Shown here: positions 60,783-64,000 of the stretch, piece by piece | Numbering within the stretch: the stretch's first letter is position 1 | Layout: each line of letters opens with the position of its first letter | From: Octopus vulgaris | Lineage: Eukaryota | Direction: 5' to 3' | Assembly (NCBI GenBank): GCA_951406725.2 | Contig: OX597833.1 | Location: 36,828,001-36,892,000, forward strand | Length of the DNA stretch: 64,000 bases | The notes under the pieces: model-generated | Database searches by the model: none | Told to the model about the DNA's origin: nothing | What the model saw: only the letters and a program-made list of their open reading frames with translations | Position numbers and translations under genes: made by a program

Positions 60783-63450
60783 CGCGCGCACACACTAACT
60801 GAGTATCCCGTCGTTGTTTGGCAATTTTCAGAACAGAATATTTTTATTTCAATTTTATTTATTCTCTGTCTTCTCCGACGGATAGGCCTCTTGATCAGGA
60901 CAGATTTCTGCATTATTTGGGGCAGTTTATAACGTATCGATAAACTAAGCTTTTGTTTCTCCATTTTATACATAAATGTAAATATTTCTCTTAGCTCGCT
61001 GCTGATGTTGTGTGAAGGTCTTTCGACTCTGCCGCCCGAATGTAATTCCTTATACACATACATACGCGCACACCCACACACAGATACACACTCACACACA
61101 TACGTAAGCGCCCATACACACATACACACACAAACAAACAAACATACACATAAACTCAGCGTGAGTGATATACATATACTGAGAAAAACAGAGAGTGTGT
61201 GGAAAAGAGGAATCTTTACTGTTGCAGTCACAGATTTTGAAATTTGAAAATAAATTTCAAATTTGGTATAGTGATGTACTTTTTCACGCTGAATCTGATT
61301 TTGTGACTTATTTATTCCATAAAATATTTTTAATAAATGTTACAGAGGTGTAAAGTTTGATCATTTTTACCAGTCAGAAAAAAGGATTTGGAAGCTAGCA
61401 TGTATATATGTATAATGTAATTTTGGATTCTCTGTACTTAGTAAAAAGATAAGATGGTCATATCTAGAATGCTTTTGATTACAAGTCTTTTGCTCAATAC
61501 TTCTGAGTGTGTGCGCACATATACGAGTACAAAGACACTCACATGCACAGGCGCACGAACAGGCACAAACACACATTATGCGACTCGTCAACAAAGACAT
61601 CTCTGTGTGTTCATTTGAGCGACAAGAAGAAGCAGTAAAATCTCCTTGAAATCCCATACCTATCGTCTTAGAAAAGGGCACGTGTGATTATGTTGTCATG
61701 CGTAAAAAGCAATAATAATAACAATTGAGGATAATTAGTGGTCAAGAAAGATATTCCTTTCTTCATCAACCCTCTAGCTGCTTATGGGGTTGTCTTGGCA
61801 TTGTCATAACATACGGGGTACGCCAAGAGCATTGTAAGCCTCATCAGGTTTGGATTTAGTCAATTTCATCCAGAGATGGGTATAAAGGCCGAATTAAAGC
61901 TAATTTTTACTCTAGGCGCATTCAAATAACGGTGTTCTTTAAAATTCAGTTTTCTTCCAGGCCATCCACCAAGCAAGGACCCACAACTATATTACTACAT
62001 TTTGTCGGGGAATAGTAATTGATAAGGTGACGACAGTCTCTTAGGAATTTATCCGGAATTATAATTACTTAATATATGTTAGTATCATAAAACGGATAAT
62101 ATAACACAGGCCTGGAACTAAGAGTTTAGGAGATCCTGTTCTGAAAATTGAAAATGTGAGACTTGGAACAACAGTTTAAGTGTTTTGAGTTTTCAATAAA
62201 ATGATACTTTATTGTGTGTTTAGTATTCAGTAGTTTCTCTTCTCCTTTTATTATGTGTGCTTGCTTAAAATAAATTATGTTAAATGGGAAATGTAAGATC
62301 TACATCCTCTCGTTTATTAGCGTTTACTTAAAAATGTAACCGTTTCTGTTACAACTTTTTTAGCAACAAAATTATATGTGCATTCATAGGTTGGCTAGTA
62401 ATTGCTTCGTGTAATACATTTCTTGAACGCTTCTCTGAATTATTCCTTGTCTAAACCAAAAAAGATTAACCTTTATGGCTCCTTAAATCATACCTTATCG
62501 TCTTAAATATGCACTGGATAATATAAAAAAGCCAAGGAAGTCGTGGCTTAAATGCTTTATATCATGGGCTTGTTGCATCAGAGTTAACTTCAGGCTAAAC
62601 AAGAATTTTTTGTAGTGATGAAGAACCCTACGCCGAAACCTTAGCTTTTCTTCTAAGCGCACGAGGACATATTCTAGTTTGTGAAATTTACTGAACTAGT
62701 ATTATCAACGAAGACTACCACCACTAATTAGTCACATATTAGAAATAACTTCCAGTTTTAGTCACTGGGTACATATTCTGAATGCTGAACAAGAAATGGT
62801 TAAAAGATTTCTCTTCTCGGCTGTTTTCAGCTGAGCCAATCAGCAACAGAATTCAAACTACGATACGGGAATGATGATGATGAAACAGCGAGAGTCAAAA
62901 GGTCATCTCGTAAGCAAGCGAATTTTCTTTTCACCACAGATATTTGTTCCAAAAGTTATTGTAAATTCCTCTTTATTTAATATAAATTTACCTTACACGC
63001 ATCGGTTATGTCGTACGCTGCTTGCATGTGTTCTCAAGATTTTAAAACTCAGGCAGCATTGCGTGTCAAATATATTACTTTAGTATACTTCTGTTGGAAA
63101 TAATCAAAGTGATGACACATAAAGTGATTGAAACACTTCAAAGGAAAATAATATGAAAATATCTAATAAGCAACTCACGGATTAGTAAAAAGATCTAAAA
63201 GACAAAGCAAACAAACATCTATTTGTGTCTATGAATAGGAAAGAAAAATTAGAAATCCTTCTTTGCGATTTATAATTTCTGGGAATTGTATTCTTCAGAA
63301 TTTGTATTAATAGAAATTCGAAATAAAACGGAAAAGACCATAGAATACAGAAAAGGAAACTAAAAGTGGCCGCAGTCAAATGACTGAAACAAATAAAAGA
63401 ATATATATATAGTTGAAAAATGATTAGAGAACTATACAAATCAAATTTTT

Positions 63451-63854
63451 ATATATAAAAGATGAATGTGGAACTAGCACAGAAGAAAATCTAAGACATT
63501 TCAATTTTAGAGGGATTTTTCATAAAAATGATTTTAAAAATTATATAAAGAAAATATAACTGGCTTCGATGAATCTCATCTTATCAAATATCAGTAAAAA
63601 TTAATAAAAGTTTGAAATAAAAGCAGTTTCAAGACTCAAGAACATGTCTTGACTCCCAGACATGTTCTTGACTCTCAGACTGAAGATAAACTGTTTTTAT
63701 TTCAAATTTTTATAAATTTTTACTGATATTTGATAAGATGAGATTCATCGGAACCGGAAATTTTTCTTTATACAATTTTTAAAATCATTTTTATCAAATT
63801 CCCTCTAAAATTGAAATGTCTTAAACTTACTTCTGTGCTATTTCCACCTCCATC

Positions 63855-63862
<8 letters not shown>
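63451..63862. mobile_element. ~410-bp diverged palindromic element next to (TA)n, with a hammerhead-like motif in each arm
   Basis: Arms are reverse complements around the central hairpin TCAAGAACATGTCT-tgactccc-AGACATGTTCTTGA. Motifs at 63554-63591(-) and 63726-63763(+). Confidence 0.8.
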
Positions 63863-63949
<87 letters not shown>

Positions 63950-64000
63950 TATTACATTGTATTTAAGAAATCGTAAGAAAAAATATATTTAAAACAATGA

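Overview
AT-rich eukaryotic DNA, very dense in microsatellites. The tRNA-derived SINE families and repeat landscape look like an octopod cephalopod (Octopus-like); this is inferred from recalled repeat families, not from a search. I found no convincing host-gene exon, rRNA, true tRNA or CRISPR array, and almost all ORF-track entries are translations of simple repeats. The window is a graveyard of decayed transposons: mariner, maT-like Tc1/mariner, Tigger/pogo, a hAT MITE, Helitron-like elements, RTE, Tx1/L1-like, R4/Dong and Hero-like LINE fragments, Penelope-like (PLE) RT and GIY-YIG fragments, and at least 4 SINE families. The most striking unexplained structure is a set of short non-coding, often palindromic (fold-back) inserts in or beside (TA)n-type microsatellites. 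They carry minimal type-I hammerhead-ribozyme motifs: about 12 recognisable cores in 64 kb, including a near-perfect 330-bp palindrome with an intact hammerhead core on each strand. They are probably non-autonomous PLE pseudo-LTR derivatives. A second theme is microsatellite partitioning: different retroelements sit in (GATA)n, (CATA)n, (TAA)n and (TA)n. All coordinates were read by eye and most boundaries are approximate.
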